From the NCBI GenBank assembly GCA_964187785.1, contig OZ076413.1:49106001-49170000 (forward strand): a DNA stretch of 64,000 nucleotides. Direction: 5' to 3'. The notes beneath the pieces are model-generated. The model was not told where the DNA came from. It ran no database searches and worked only from the letters and a program-made list of their open reading frames with translations. This DNA is from Amphiscolops sp. MND2022 (taxonomy: Eukaryota). The position numbers and the translations under genes are program-made. Positions 9,201 through 24,200 of this stretch are shown one piece after another; within the stretch, counting starts at the first letter, position 1, and the number at the start of each line of letters is the position of its first letter.

Positions 9201-12200
9201 ATATCCCGCTGCTCAGCGGGCGTCTTGTTTTCCAATATGTCTGAAAAGCCAACCTTTAATTGCTGCAACGCTTTTCAAAAACCAAAACACGTATGTTTTC
9301 ACGCCATCTGAGTTTTGTTTGTTCCACAGATTATCAAATTTTTCGCGAATGAAATCCTAGGATTTTGATTGTAATGGGAACGGAGATGCTTTCTCCTGCT
9401 ATGACCATTTTACATTTGGCTTCCACGGGGTAGTTTCAGTTGTTTTAAAAAATATCTGAAGGTGACGAAGGAATGTCAATACGATGTTTTTGTCGGCCAT
9501 CCAATTCGAGTGCCATCAAATTTTCCGTCGAAAGGACTTTTTAGGTTTTTCATTTTCTGGCTAAAAACATGGTTTCAACATATATCAATACACTGGTTTA
9601 CTTGCAGACCCTACTGCGATCGAAAGCAAGGACCTGAAGCAGTTCTCAATTGTGACCGTGGGATGTCCCAGTCCTCACGGCATGGACATGGGTGAGAAGA
9701 CATCGAATGGCAAGAGCTACAACAGGTTCGAGGAGCTCACCAAACTCAACATCACTGTCACCCAGAGGATTCTACATGCCAAGAGCACCAAGTCCACCCT
9801 CTCGCTTCCAGTCACAACTGCCCCTGTGGACAGACAGTCCTATTGGATGGAAAACTCTGGAAGTGATCACGCTGATGCAGGAAGTAGAGGTTAGATACAG
9901 CTCATAAAAACTTCCGGCTTTTCTCATAAAATTCGTTGTGGTTTTGAGACTGGTAATAAGTGTCTCCTCAAATGCATAAAGGTTTCATTAATTGTATTTT
10001 CATAAGTTATCATTAAGATGGGTCCATGTCAATTCGTGTGGATTCATTCGAGTGGACCAGTTTGACGCATTTTTATCAGTCACGAAACTGTAGAAGTATC
10101 ATTTTATCTATGTAATTGCCCCACTCTTGTTCTTATTATTGGTTTCATTCGAAAGCTAACAAACGTTAGATTTGTTCAAGGGGAGATTTCCAGCATTTTA
10201 TTCTTTTACCAAGAAATACTTGTGTCGAAAGTAACAGTAATAGTTACTTTTTGAATGACTCTTCTGAAAATTTTCGAAGTTTTCCTCAATTCCTTTTGAA
10301 TAAAGCCTAATTTAAAGCAACTGGTGACGATACTATCAAAAGGAGAATTTCTGCTCAATATGCTTTATTGATGAGTTATCTTGGTCGGAAGAAAAAACAT
10401 GTTAAATTTTAAATGACTCTTTTGATAGTGCCACTTTCGAAAGTTGAGTACTTCCAGTTTGATCTAAATGGAGCCGAATATCGAAAAATGTGATTTATTT
10501 GAGAAATTCTCTGTCGAAAGTAGCGAAAACACACTTTTCGACAATTTTAAGGATCGTTTTCCTTTGCTTTGAATTGCTCCACTCGATTCTCTGAAATAAT
10601 TCCTAATGGAAGTCCTATGGTTGAAGATTGAAACACGTGAACCAGTTTCGTCTTTTTTTTAGTCGGCGCTTTTCGAAGAAAAACGCAGACTATAGTAGTG
10701 ACTTCTTTTTTTTTAAGACCAACGAACTGACAGATTTTATAAATTTTATAAGTTGACCGACTAACACTAAACTGCCACACTACTTCACTGCCACTTGGCA
10801 TAGAGGTTACGGCTTTTTTGAGGTCTGCCAAGCAGAAGGACATGGGTTCGAGTCCCGCCCTTGACCAAAATTTTTTTGTGCAAATTTTTTTTGGCTTTGT
10901 GAGACTTTTTTTTCGCAAATATCTCCAAAGGGTCCACCCGTCATTTTTTTGTCTATTTTGCAAAAAATGGATGTTCAAAGACTCCCAGAGTGCCCCCTTT
11001 TACATGTTTCGGCACTATGCGACTTACCGGAAACAAAAAAATTCGAAAAAAATTAAAAAAGTTCGGAATTTTTTCCAATTTATCCTCAAGCGGGTACTGT
11101 AGAAGAGAATACTTGACACTTTGAAGTCCTTTTGCTATTTTTGAGCCTTAGATATGGCGCCGACTTGGGCCGTTCCCGGCTTGTTCTGGCAAGCAGTTAT
11201 TTCGTATAGCTAGCAGTCAGTTCCCTCTGAGGTGTGCACAGGCATTTTTCCTCAGAAATTGTCGACTGAAAGTTTATGTGAACAACTGACTTCCTTGAAA
11301 TGTTTTGTTTCCTATTGGTATTGTCAATTGTTTTTCAATTGTTCTTAAGCTGAATTTTCATCACAACACTAAAATTCAGTTTTTCTGTCGCTAATATTTG
11401 GGCCGATCGTCAATTTAAGGCTGAGCTATCATCTGGTTATTGCACATGACGAAGTCAATGTGCATTGCAGTCCAGCTAAGAAAGTTTTTTTTCCACAATA
11501 GTCAACTTCATAGAGCGCCTTTTAGACAAAAGCCAAAACCCCTGAGAGATTCGAACCTGCAGCCTCCCGATTGCACGGCATAAGTGTTGACCACTGTGCC
11601 ATAGGGACGTTATTGAACAAAGTTGAACTGTTGAATATATACGCATGCAATTAAAATAATATATACGCATATTAAAATAATGTCTTCGTCATGTGTTGCG
11701 AAGCACCGCTTCGCCTCTGTGTTACTTTTCTATCTATCTTAGCAGCTAATCGAGACATAATTTATTGATTGAAAGCGAGTAATTGTTGATTTTTGACTGC
11801 AGCATTGTCTTGAAAGTTTGCCGGAAAGATTTACTGCCTAAAACTGAAAGGTTTACTTCTGCATGTTTTTTTTAAGAAATTTAGATTTTATCCTGAAAAG
11901 TATAGAAATGATAGATAGGTTTTTGATTTTTTGTGTGTGAAATTTTCGTGAAGTTGCATAAGTTGAGCTCCGAAAGGCAGATTTGTTTTGTCTAATCACT
12001 CATACTTACATGATCAAACCATCTTTGGTTTGTCAATGAACATTTACGTGACTTTTTGTTTTCCCTCATCTTGAACACGCCTCATATACAAGAAATCGAT
12101 TGCAGAGTCAAGTCGGGTTGGATAAATTGAGCTCATTCCCTTGTCAATGGAAGAAATTATCTACTTAAGGTATCATTCTTATTTGAGAACATTTGAAGCT

Positions 12201-15200
12201 TTTGAAATTTCCCGATTTTAAAAAAAGTTATTGGCCTGGTTTGGGATAAAAATGTGTACCTTTCAATTGCACTGCTATCAAGTTTTGCACTGGGGCGAAG
12301 TATTTTCTCAAACGATTGTTCAAATGCTTTGATCAGAGGATCAAAAATCACAACGTTACGAATAAATCAAGCTTATTAACCAGGTATTGGTGAGTTTGGT
12401 ACTGTTTTTGATTGTCTCCTGACTAAAAAGCGAGTATGCTCAATGCTGCAAACGAATAGTCACATCCAATCATGTCAACTAGTTCTTTAATGAGTGGCGT
12501 GCCGTTGAGATCGGCCATCATAATCACCATGCTGTTGCTGGGTTTTGCCTTTGCCGAATCAAAATCCGAATCGGAGGATAAAGGAAAGAAGAAAATCTGT
12601 GAAGACGAGAAGGGCGATTCTGCCAAATGGCTCATGTGTGCCAAGAATTACGTGGAGAAACAGAAAGGAGGCAAAAAAGCGATAGATGACTGCAAGTTCT
12701 ACATCATCATGGGCAAGAACAAGTATCTGAATTGTCTGAAGGAGAAAAGCATAGACGTGAGTAACCTTGCCGTCCCAGATTCCATCAAAGATGCAGCTTC
12801 GGGCCAAGGGGCGTCTGGGTCAGAGGGGAGTGGTTCAGATAAGGAGTCTAGGTACCGATACCCAGTTTAATCATCTGTAATAATTATTGGTACCACCCAA
12901 ATTAAGACTAAAATCGTCAGAATATTTGAAGTTACTTTTTTCAAGACAACAGTAATGCGACGGAACTGAATTGGGCGGCCGATATGGAAGATGTGATCTA
13001 GTGGTTAGAACGTTGGCTTCCGAAACCGGAGGACTGGGCTCGATTCCCACTAGGGTCCATTTTTTTCCATTTTTAGTCGGCGTTTTCGTAGAAAAAGCAC
13101 GATTGTTACAGTGACTACTTTTTTCTCCAGTAACTCTGATCGGTCCACTTTTACGGAGCACTGATCGAGCAAATATTCATACAGTAAAGACCATTTGGCC
13201 TAGTGGTTATTCGTTTTAGTACGGACTCAGAAGTCAGTGCTTCGATTCCGTTATTGAGCCTATTTCGAATTTTATGCTTGCAAAGGTTGAGAAAAAACCA
13301 AAGGGTCCCACTTTGTTTTTTTCCGGTGCTATGCGACTATTTTTCTGTTTTTTTTTAAACGAAGCCCCGCTTCCTTTTAGGCTCTTTTCTGTCCCCATCG
13401 TCAATTTTTTTTTGAAAATTTAGTTTCAGATTGGCCTAATTAAAAGTGAAATTTTTCTTCATAACTGGAAGTTGGAATTTCTATTCGAATAGTTTTTCGT
13501 TTCAACAAATCTATTTTCACATTCTTATTGTGATTGTTGAAAAATAACTATTTTTGTGATTCTGGGGTAGAAAAGAGCCTTTTAACCAAACATAGTTTTT
13601 TGCGAGCATAGAAGGCCCTTTGAAGTTTTTTTCGGCACTATGGGACTTTTCGAAAAAAATGAGTTGAATTTTTTTGAATTTTTCTCAATTTTTTAAGGTT
13701 TCCTCTTGAAGAAAACCGATTTCCGATTCAAAAGAATTTATCTCTTGGAAAAAAAATCATTTGGTCATTCAATCAAGGAAATTTATTTGGATTTGGAAAG
13801 ATGAGTGAATTTAATGGAAAAAATTTTTCGATCTGTGAGCAAAAACGATCAGTGAGCCCCAATTAGTCGGCCGATTTTTCAAAAAATTGAATTATTTGAA
13901 ACATTCGGGAAACTTATTTAAGTGGGTATCAGTGAGGGTATCAGCGATGCGGTGAGTGATGCTTCAGAGAGGGCAGACGAGGCCCCCACTGGGCCAAAAC
14001 TGAGTCCCTTGTTAATGTTAACAACTGCCGCAATCGCCATCTTTTTGCATCTCTTGTGAAATTATTGCGCTGTAAAATTGACTAAAACCCTCATTATGAC
14101 GAAACCTTTGAATCATAGATTGAGCTACAAAAGTGATAGTCATGCATTATCACTTTTCCTATCCCAATTCTCTGAAAAAGCTGGAGCACCAATTATCAAT
14201 TATGAGCAATTTCTCATTTTTCATCTGTTTTGCTAGATGGGCTTTTTTGAAGTTTTTACGTAAACTTTGGTATGTATAAAAGTTGAAAAAAAACTACAGT
14301 AAATCCAAATACTCTTGAATAGCAATTAGATGAAAAATGTTGATGCGTGAAAACCATTCGTTGTTTTCTCGTAAATGTCGATTTGAGTTGAATGTTGTAT
14401 TTGCGGTGATGGTGTTTCATTTTGAATGACGTCTATTACATCTGTGAATGCGGATCTGAAGTAACCAATAGTTTGAATTGTTGAATCTAATTTGGGCTCA
14501 AATAGCCCCATACCTTCTAACCATCGATACTCAATAATACAAATATTTTCACTTGTAACTTGGTTTTACCATCAATTAATCCCAAGATAGTGCTGTGAAG
14601 TATAGTACAGTGCAGTGAAGTCTGGTCCTGTGAAAAAAGTACAGCTGCTAGTTACAATCGACGTTAGGGAAACTCCAGTAATTGCCGGTGGGGAATAGTG
14701 TTGTTAAAAATCTTGATTTTATTTAAAAAATCAAAAATATCCGATTTTTTTTGATAAAAATCGGATAATTATCAAAAAAATCCGATAAAAATAGGGTTGG
14801 GCAGAAACAATTGAATTACGTGTAAGTCAGTGACAAAATAACAAATTCGTTATTTATTCAGAACTTTGAAACAAAGTTTTCCCGCTTTGTGAACTTACTC
14901 TCCGATGCTAAGTTCAAAAATACCATTCGTCTTTAATCTCGTTCGGCTATAATCCATACCACCGTGAGCGAAGTTGAATAAACTAATGAATTTATAAAAA
15001 AGCTGATAGTCTTCCAATTTATCAATCGGTTAGCTGACCGATCGCCTAATTGAGCTAGACCCGATCAGGCCTGCAAGCGTCGTATTTGATTTTAATCAGT
15101 GATAATGAAAACTGAGCTTGATAATTATCTTGATTTTTATCATTGATATTTATCAATTGATTTTTATCTAACAGCACTAGTGGGGAAATTAGCCGAACAT

Positions 15201-18200
15201 GGAGATTTTGATGTGCAGTAAGTCCTAACAGGTCTTGAGCAAATCACTGAGACAATAGCTTCAAACCGACAATTGTTTGACCATTTGGTCGCAAAAATTG
15301 TACCATAGATTTCTATGAATGAATATTCATTCATTTCTATGGTGATGTAGTATCCGAAAGGGTACTGACTTTAGAAAAGCACATCTGCTTATACGATGTA
15401 CACCTCGCGAAATCGGGAAGTCAATCCTGAAAAGAGCTGTTGCTCTTTTTCTATATGCCACGTAAAAGGTTGAAATGGGTCTAAAAATTGAAGAGATTGT
15501 AAGCATCTCAATTTCAGTTCCTTAATTAATTACGTTCGTTCATCTCTTAACTGGTTGGTAAGGTTTATCTCCAAACTATACCGTTATTTCTTGCAGGAAA
15601 GCAGGTAGCGACTAACGCAACAGTCTCGTTGACAGGCTACAATGACCATTAATATCAAAATTCGATAATTAAAACATCTGTAACAGTTTATAATTTTACA
15701 CTCCTGTAATATTATATAGCACACAATTGATCGCTCTACCAGTTTACACTGCCTTTGATTCATAATGATTATTGTCCTAGTTTACACTGCTTTTGATTGC
15801 AAATCAGAGATGTTACTTTAGTGCGGGGATTCTCACGGAATTATGCGATGCGGAATGCGGAATTTTTATTGAAATTATGCGCTAAAAATCGTACAAAAAT
15901 GTGAAATATGCGCTAATCAGAAGAATTACACGGGGAAAATAAATTCATCAAAATTGAAATTCACCTCAATCTGCAGAATAATAGGCTTTTTCGGCCAAAA
16001 AGTCTGAGTTTTGGAACATTTTTGCGCGTGTTTGGGCATCCACAGATGAAGATTGATCTCTTTTTCGTTTCTTTGTTTTCTAAAAACGACCGATTGTAAC
16101 CTCTAACAGGGCTGGGCATAATTAATTCCTAATAAGAATTACCAGAATCATTCATTTTTGAATAATAGATTATATTTTGGTTTACATTTCTCAGAAACAT
16201 GCGGCAACACTTGGCAATATTACGCAATTATGAGGCAATTTATGCGCGACCAAAATTACGTCAGATTATGCGGAATTGTGCGGGATTATGCGCCGCATAG
16301 TTGTAACATCTCTGATTGCAAATACTAGCATTGAACGGCAAATCTTGGACAAATCATGGACTATAATCTTCGTTACTTGAACAAGAAATACAACTGCTAT
16401 GCGTATATGACATTTCGTATTTGATTGAAGGACGTACAATTATTATACAGCTGTCGACGTACAAATTATTAACACTCGGCTAGTCTCGGTTCATCTCAAT
16501 AAAAACACTGCCTGCTGCAGAATTGAGCTAGCCAAAACTTGCAGTGGCGACGAATCGGAATGGAACGATAGAAATCTGGAAAATATTAGCAGTTAAGGTT
16601 TTATAGCATTTCCGCTCACGCAGAAGTATTGAACATGGTCCGATGCTATTAAAGCGTTCAAGTAATAAATAACAAGCCGGGAACGGCCCAAGTCGGCGCC
16701 ATATCTAAGGCTCAAAATTAGCACAGGGACTTCAAAGCGTCAAGTATTCTCTGCTGCAGTACCCGAAAAACCCAAAAGTTGGACCGAACTGGCGCGCTGA
16801 AAAGGGACTTTTTCCGATTTTTTGAAATTCATTCTGTTGCTAAAAAGAGGGACCCTTCGGAGAAAAAAGTTTCAGAAAAAAAACGAAAAATGAGAACTTT
16901 GAACAGTCTCGAAGTACGGAAATTTGAAACAACATTGAAAAGTTTATGTCGGAACTTTGAAAACGTTATATCCCAACTTTGAAAACGTTATATCCGAACT
17001 TTGAAACATGGGAACTTTGAAACATTATATTCGAAGTAACATGCGGGTTAACCTCGGCTAAGTAAGATTTTGAACAAATGAACAAAAAAGTGGACCGATC
17101 GCGTTGAACTAACGAAAAAAAACTAGCCACTGTAAGAGTCGGGATTTTCTTCGAAAACGCCGACTAAAAAGCTCACGGAAAATCATTGTTTGTTCATGTG
17201 AAAGACCATGAGCAGGGTTACCGAAAAAAATTATTTCAATGAAAATAACTGCAATAAATCAATAATTTATTTTTGAGATGATGGAATAAAAATTATTTTC
17301 TAATCTCGAAATACAAATTATTTATTTAACTGCCAAAATAATTCTGCAATAACGAGTTTCGTCGTCAGCCAATAAAATTGCGTCGCATTTTATACGGTAT
17401 TGTTTCAAGTGCTGGTTATCTATATCTGCTATCGTGGCTTTAGTCGTCGGTTGGCACAAAGTCATTTGCGACATGCATTGTCACCACTGCATATAGAGGC
17501 CATTCAATTTCTCTATTGTACCAGGGAACTCTGATCGGCAGAAACTGTTTCAAAACTCAAATAATTGTGAAAAAATATATATTGTGAAATTATTGCAATA
17601 ATTTATTTTTGAAACAAATGTTTTGCTATTATTAATTTTTGAGAATAGAAATAAAAATTGTATTTTCGGCTGAAATATTTTCTAAATATTGAAGCAGTTT
17701 TTAGTTTGTGAAAGAAGAATTTCTGTTCCTGGGCCAACATTTTGTGCTATTACATGCAGAGCCTCTATTTTATTGCGTTAAAAATGCCTGAAAGTGCGTA
17801 AAAAATTGCGCATTGAACTAAGAAAAATTGCGTTTAAAATTGCGTTAAAATTGAATTAAATCAGAGGAATTGACAACATTTAAATACCAATAAATGACAC
17901 TGTATTGTCGCAAATTTGACACTGATAGAGTTTGTCGTTTAGCAGCCTAAAAATCACCCATTGCTGAGAAAACTCTATCTCCACCAACCCAAAAAATGGT
18001 CAACTTTTGTATGATTCACTCTGATATAATCAGCTACTCGGTTAAGTCCATGAGCGAGGCACGTTATGTGTAGCAGGTTAGGAAACATGTGCTTGAGGTC
18101 GCGTGCCGATTTAAGCATGTAAGATGCCCCATCCGAGAGAAACAGACGAACACGGTTGTAAGGAACATTATTTCCGAAGATTTTCATCAAACTAGAATTA

Positions 18201-21200
18201 GATAGTTGATTTATTACCACATTATCCGTTTTCTCAACTTCTGATAATTCGACCAGAAAAGGTGGTTTTAAACTCGAAAGATCTCCCATTAACACCCCAA
18301 CCATGTGACGCCCATTGAGGTCCGTAGTTTCGTCCCTCATAATATAAATGTCCTTGTGAAATAATTCCTCTTTGATTTTTTCCATTGTTTTTTCAAATTC
18401 CACAGGAATATAACTATTTCGCAGGGTAGTGTGATTTGGAATGTTTTGGCCTGTCCAGCCTTGGAGAAATTTCTTTAAAGGTTTATTATTCAATTTCCAT
18501 AGAGGAATATTAGAAGCAATAAATGCGCGTGTTAATTCTTTAAAAAAGTTATTTTCTGTAGTCGAAGAACTAAAGGATAAAAGTTGTTGGCGCGCCTTAG
18601 ATATCTCAAGCTGTTCAATATGCTTCCCACTTTCAAAATGGGATTTAGCGCGGTAAGAATAATTACTGGCAGTGAAATCGATTCGAGTTAAACATAAGGT
18701 GCACACAATGGCATTTAAATTAAACACTTGTGCTTAGCTAACGTTAATTCAATGTTCTGGGGTGTGGGATTTTTAGACCGTGGACCGAAACCCGTAGTGC
18801 CAAACCGTAACCCGTAAACCGTAGTTGTGAAAAAAGTGAACCGTCACTTTTGAGAAATACGAGCGAATTGTTTTATACATTTAACAGCAGTGTTTCTATG
18901 AAAATTTTGGAGCGACTTCAATTGTTCATGTAAAAATCTAGATTTCTAGACTTTGGTTTATTGAAAAAGGAGAGTTCAATAATGTATTAAAGGCCAAGTG
19001 TTCGGTCCCAAAACGGAAGCAAAATGAATATGAAAAACGTTTAGATTAATGCATTTGGCAGACAAATGAGCTATCATATTTACAAACAATAACAAACAAT
19101 AGCTAGCAAGACCTTTCGTGCAAAATTTCAAGGTTATTTGAAATATATATTTGCAAAAATAGAATTCCCAAATATTTGTCGTTACCGGGAATCGAACCTG
19201 CGACTTTATGGTTCGGCGAATACGGAAAATCCACTACACTAACTGGTCTTATTATTTATTTACTTTAAATTCGTCTTATTTGTATTTGTATTGCGCCGCA
19301 ACAGTTCATTCTCAAATAAGAACGTCTTTAAAAAACGAATTCGTTGAAAATATTTTATTTTTACGCTATAATTTGCAGAGGGCGTTCCCTCAAATGCTAT
19401 TTTGGGACAAGAAACATGAGTGCTTTGATAACACCATAACAAAGATTTTTGATGAAGAAATTTAGGCTCTTTTTCCTTTTCCCCCCCACACTTTTTAAAG
19501 AAAACAAACTCAACATAAAAGATTATATTTGACTATATCATTCAATATTTCTTCGAATAAATCTTTTCCTTTGTTTTGTTGTCTCCACACTGTTAGAGTA
19601 GTTTTCCGCTTGAACAAAACATTGTTCACACAATTTGACTAATTATGTTCGTATTGAGTGTTTATTGATGACTCAAAACAGGAAGCTGTTGATTTCTTCA
19701 TCAAAAATGCGTAACTACATAGGGAAAAAGTGTGAACAAAGTTTGTATCTGAATCCTAAACTATCACCTTGAGAATAAATTTAAAACTGAACTGTTTCAT
19801 TGGAAACGCAATTGAGGTATAATTAATTGCAAAAACATCATCTTGAAAAGTGTGGGGGGGGGGAAAAGGAAAAAGTTCCGAAATTTAAATACTTCTGAAG
19901 CAAAAGTGTTTTTCAAACCGTACCCTGAAACCGTAAACCGTAGACGACTACCCGTAAACCGTAATTTCAATTCAACCCGTACGGTTCCACACCCCAGTCA
20001 ATGTTTCATTCATTCGCAGCACGCTACGCCGATGTATAAACAAGACGCCCGCTGAGGAGCGGGATATTTTCCGCCCCGAACTGTTCTACAACTACATAAA
20101 TTTGAGGCTCAAGAATAACTAATGCACTATAAAAACGCTGAGAAGTTCGAAGAAAAGAAAGCTTCGATTCATCTTGTCCATTTTTCTAATTCGCGGTGTC
20201 TCAAAAAATGGCAAAAATTGCATAAAAATGTTTTAAAATGAGAAATTTGGGAATTTTTGTCATTTTCGGGGTCATTTTGTCATTAAGGGGTCATTTTGTC
20301 ATTAAGGGGTCATTTTCGTCATTTTCGTCATTTTTTAAAAAAACTTCAAAAATCTCTACAAATACATATCGCACGAAGCTAAATTTATGTGGGTTGAATT
20401 CTATGGGTAACACCCTTAAATTTAAATATAAATAAAATCTTGGCAAATTTTGTAAAAAAAAAAAAAACCGTTTGATTTAAATATTTTCCTTTCCCATATG
20501 AAATATGGGCGGAAAATAATAAGCTATGGCCTAGTTTTGCAATTAACCAATCAAAATAGTTTAAAGGTACGCTGCCGTAGCACATGCATGGCTGGCTTTG
20601 TAAACACAGCTAGTTCAAATTTTTATAATTGTATCCTTTTTGTTGGTTTTCGAAAGAATTCGCCCAATTTTACGTTAAAATGACCCCTAGTGGGTCATCA
20701 GTTTGGCCTGTTGAAAGTTTTTTACCCTTTTAGCCAATTAACTTCATTAATTTTCAACCAAAAATGGACTGCTTGAAATGACTGACTTCTATCTACAATT
20801 GATCTTGATTTTCGCGTTTTGCTGTTATTAAAAGTCCAAACAATCGATAAATAAACGGTTTTCAAAATTTTTAACCTTTTTTTACTCAATTTCTTTGGCT
20901 TTGGTATCTTCCGAAAGCTACGAGCGTCTTAGATTTTTTAAAAGTATTTTGGGAAATACTTGTTCGAAATTAGCGATAAAGATCACTTGGACGACATTGG
21001 AGATTGTTTATGGAGCCTAAATCTTTCGGCTGACAGTCGATTCCTGTGGCTAGTAGTGAATTGTCAAGAAATTGGGGCATTTCGGTTGTATGCAAAAGCA
21101 TTTTGCTTCTAGTTTTTTCCTTTAGCATCCTTACTACGGCTGCAGTTATTTGAGAAGTCGGGGAAACATTCGAGGGTAGCCACTGACGAAGTTCCGAACC

Positions 21201-24200
21201 GAACACGAGAAGAATGCTATTAAACGGAGTAATTTTTGTTTAGAGGGACGCAACAAGTTGTACCAGGAAGTATTGTTGCGCCGGGATCTGATGATGCTCT
21301 GCCAAGTGCTCACTCCCCTGTGCACTGCCCTGGTGAATGCTTTGTACACCTTCAAAGATGACGTCATTTTCTGGAAACTGCTGATGAAGAGCAAGAAAGT
21401 CAACTTCGCGTGGGCCAGCTTCATTAACGACAAGTGAGTGTTGTGTTCACTGGTATACAATTTTAGATTACTAAAATTTACGTTATCTCAACTGGTTTTC
21501 AGGTTAAATTTTCTTTTGCTCTTTTAATTGAATGGCACACCGGGAACAGCCCATATTGGGCCCTGCGAAATAATTCAATGGCCCAAAATATTGAAGACGT
21601 TTTGAAAAGTATTCGGATCCTTAGCAGAAGTTTGCAAAATATTCAACTACTCGAAGAGGGGTTTTGAGGATGCATTGGAAGTTTTAGAAACGTTGCACTT
21701 TTGTTTTCTATAGTTTTGACTCTGGATGCGGTAAATGAGTGGGAGCTAACAAAGTATCCCAAAAGTGAACCATCTATTTTGAGGTTACAGAATAAAAAAA
21801 CAAGAATTAGACACACGTTGGTGCCCTGCTCAAGGTCCCAAAAGTGCCAAGTCAATTAAATGTTACCAGAGACTGTTTGTTAGAAGTTTCAGGAAAATTT
21901 CGAAGGGGACCTCTAAGTTTATGGTCACAGTTCATGATACTTTCCGATACTTGGAAAGTGATAGTACCAGTCTTTCATTTCCTCGAGCAACCCGTCTTTC
22001 AACGGGGCGGGACGACGGCTATGAGGATTTCTGTGCCAAGTTGTTGTGTTTTAGTGGCAACGAATATGAAATGCTGAAAGACTTCTTGGGGGTGATTTCG
22101 TACGTGAACACTTACGTCAAGTTCCTCTTCTGCGAGGGTGACAATAATTTCTACCCCACAATCGAGGCGGACATGCTGGGAGATATCATTGTGAGGATAG
22201 AGATTCCTAAGTCTAAGGGTTCTCTGGACAGTCGATCCGTATTTGTGAGCCAGTTCCCGGCCGATGGGTCTGGAAAGCTCTATGACTGCTGCGTGCACTT
22301 CCTCAACCAAAGAGTGATCCCCGCGCCTTCCGGGGCTGATGCTTCCAGTGCTACCAACGCCATGTTAGTATTTGGCAGAACATCTTTCTCAAGTGTTCAT
22401 TGTTGTAACACTTTCGTTCTTTTTCTCCCAATTTTAGTTCATCAATTAGAATAAAAAGATAGTGAAAGAATCATAGCTGTTTAGTTGAAAAGTCTCACTG
22501 TTATGATGGAATTGTTTTTCCTCGACTCTAAATATAAGTGTCTAGAAGTGATATTCAATTCAAAAAAATCCAATTGGACTTATTCTACTCGTTTCCACTA
22601 TTCAGTTGGTAAAATGTCAAACTGTACAATTTTTAAATAGCATTTGTAAAGATATGGATTTCAGATTAGAACTCCTGAAAATTATAATCATTATAATTCC
22701 ATTATAATCACTCTCATCATTTTTGGAAACAAATAATAGCATGTTTGAGGGATTCCAAGGAATTTTATACTGTAATTTTGATCAAAAATGTTCATTGGAA
22801 CATTGTCAAAGTTCAGAAAATTTTCAATTGATTAGGCGATTAAGTACAATTCGTTATCTTATGAAAATTACTCGCAGAAATTTGAAACAAGAATCCTTGT
22901 AATCAATGAAATTCTTTTACTTCCGTAAAATTGTCGTCTTTTGAATATTTTTTTTTCCAGAAATTAGACAGCGAGAATTGACTTTTACGCAATTAAGTGG
23001 CATTCTTTTGGAACACCATTGTAGTAGACGTGGAATGTATGAACTTCGTTCGTTTTAGAGCTGCTAAGTTGTCTAACTTACAAACAGACAGTCTGCAACA
23101 ATTGTACAAATCATTCGTGGACTCTCACCTCGGAACGGCCATCAAGTTCTTGGGAGCCACCCAAGGTACGCATTGTTAATTAACAAATTCAGGTATCCCA
23201 CTGACCCAGTTTTGCAATTTTGTATTGCAGTAGAAACTACTTAAAACAGCTTCGTGACTCTAGCTATTAAAAAATCTTGCTATGAAAAAAATTGGTTTGT
23301 TCCTATAGGCGTCTTGCTAATAAACATTAATTGCTATTATACGACTTGCTATTAAGCAGTTTCTACTGTATTGACTAAGCTACCCCATCCGCTAATGACG
23401 ATAACATGTTTTGTTTATTCGCAGAAAAACTATACTTATGAGTTTTATTGAAAAAAAAAGAATTTTATGCCCTATCCTAATGTATTGCATTCAAGTTTTT
23501 TTCTGAAATGTGCTGTTCAAAAATATTTCGTTTTTATTATTTCTGCTTTAGCAGGAATTTTATTGTAATCTCGAAATGTCTACTTTTTTTTCAGTACAAT
23601 TTTTCGTACGGTTTTGAATAATTCAGATATTTTGTTCGGCAGTGACTGTAAGCGTGGGAATTAAATTTCTCAAGCTGCCGACGACAATTCAATTCTAGTG
23701 CGATGGAACGAGCGAGTGGTAATTATCCGTTCGTATGCTGACGTCATTGAGATGAAGCGAGCGAATGTTCGTAATTGTGCTTTCGTTGCCCCGAGTTATT
23801 GAGATGAAGCGAATGAGTGTTAATTTTTCGTTCGTTGAGAGCTTCGCCTGCATTCAAATGCGAATGCGAAACTTCGTCTACGCTTAGTAGTTATATTTTC
23901 TTTAGTCCGAGAAGAATTAAAGGCGGTGTAAACTTGTACGGTGATTAATTGTGCGCTAAATAATGATTAAACAAGAGTGTATTGGTATTCCAGATATGAT
24001 TCTATTATTAATGAAAGATTAAAGCAGAAATAGTACTGAGCCCCGGAGGGGCCTATTTTATAATCTTGCAATGAGTTATCTCAGAGGACATTTCTGTTGA
24101 AAACGCATCTGAAAGAACAATATAAAAAATAGCTATCAAAAATGTTGCGTTTTGAGTCTAACTAAGTTAGAAGTGAAATCAGTAGCAAGCTGCATAGCTT

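Noticed and set aside
12985..13060. Possible functional tRNA gene
   Set aside because: A/B boxes are present but acceptor and anticodon stems do not pair; the same holds for the other tRNA-like segments.
15597..15604. Possible 8-nt INPP4 micro-exon (TTGCAG|GAAAGCAG|GTAGCG)
   Set aside because: It would break the phase match between the flanking exons and lies at the edge of a repeat; no support without RNA data.
21921..22054. N-terminal part of ORF 21921-22454 as coding
   Set aside because: INPP4 similarity and the phase-compatible acceptor begin at 22055; the upstream part is probably intron read-through.
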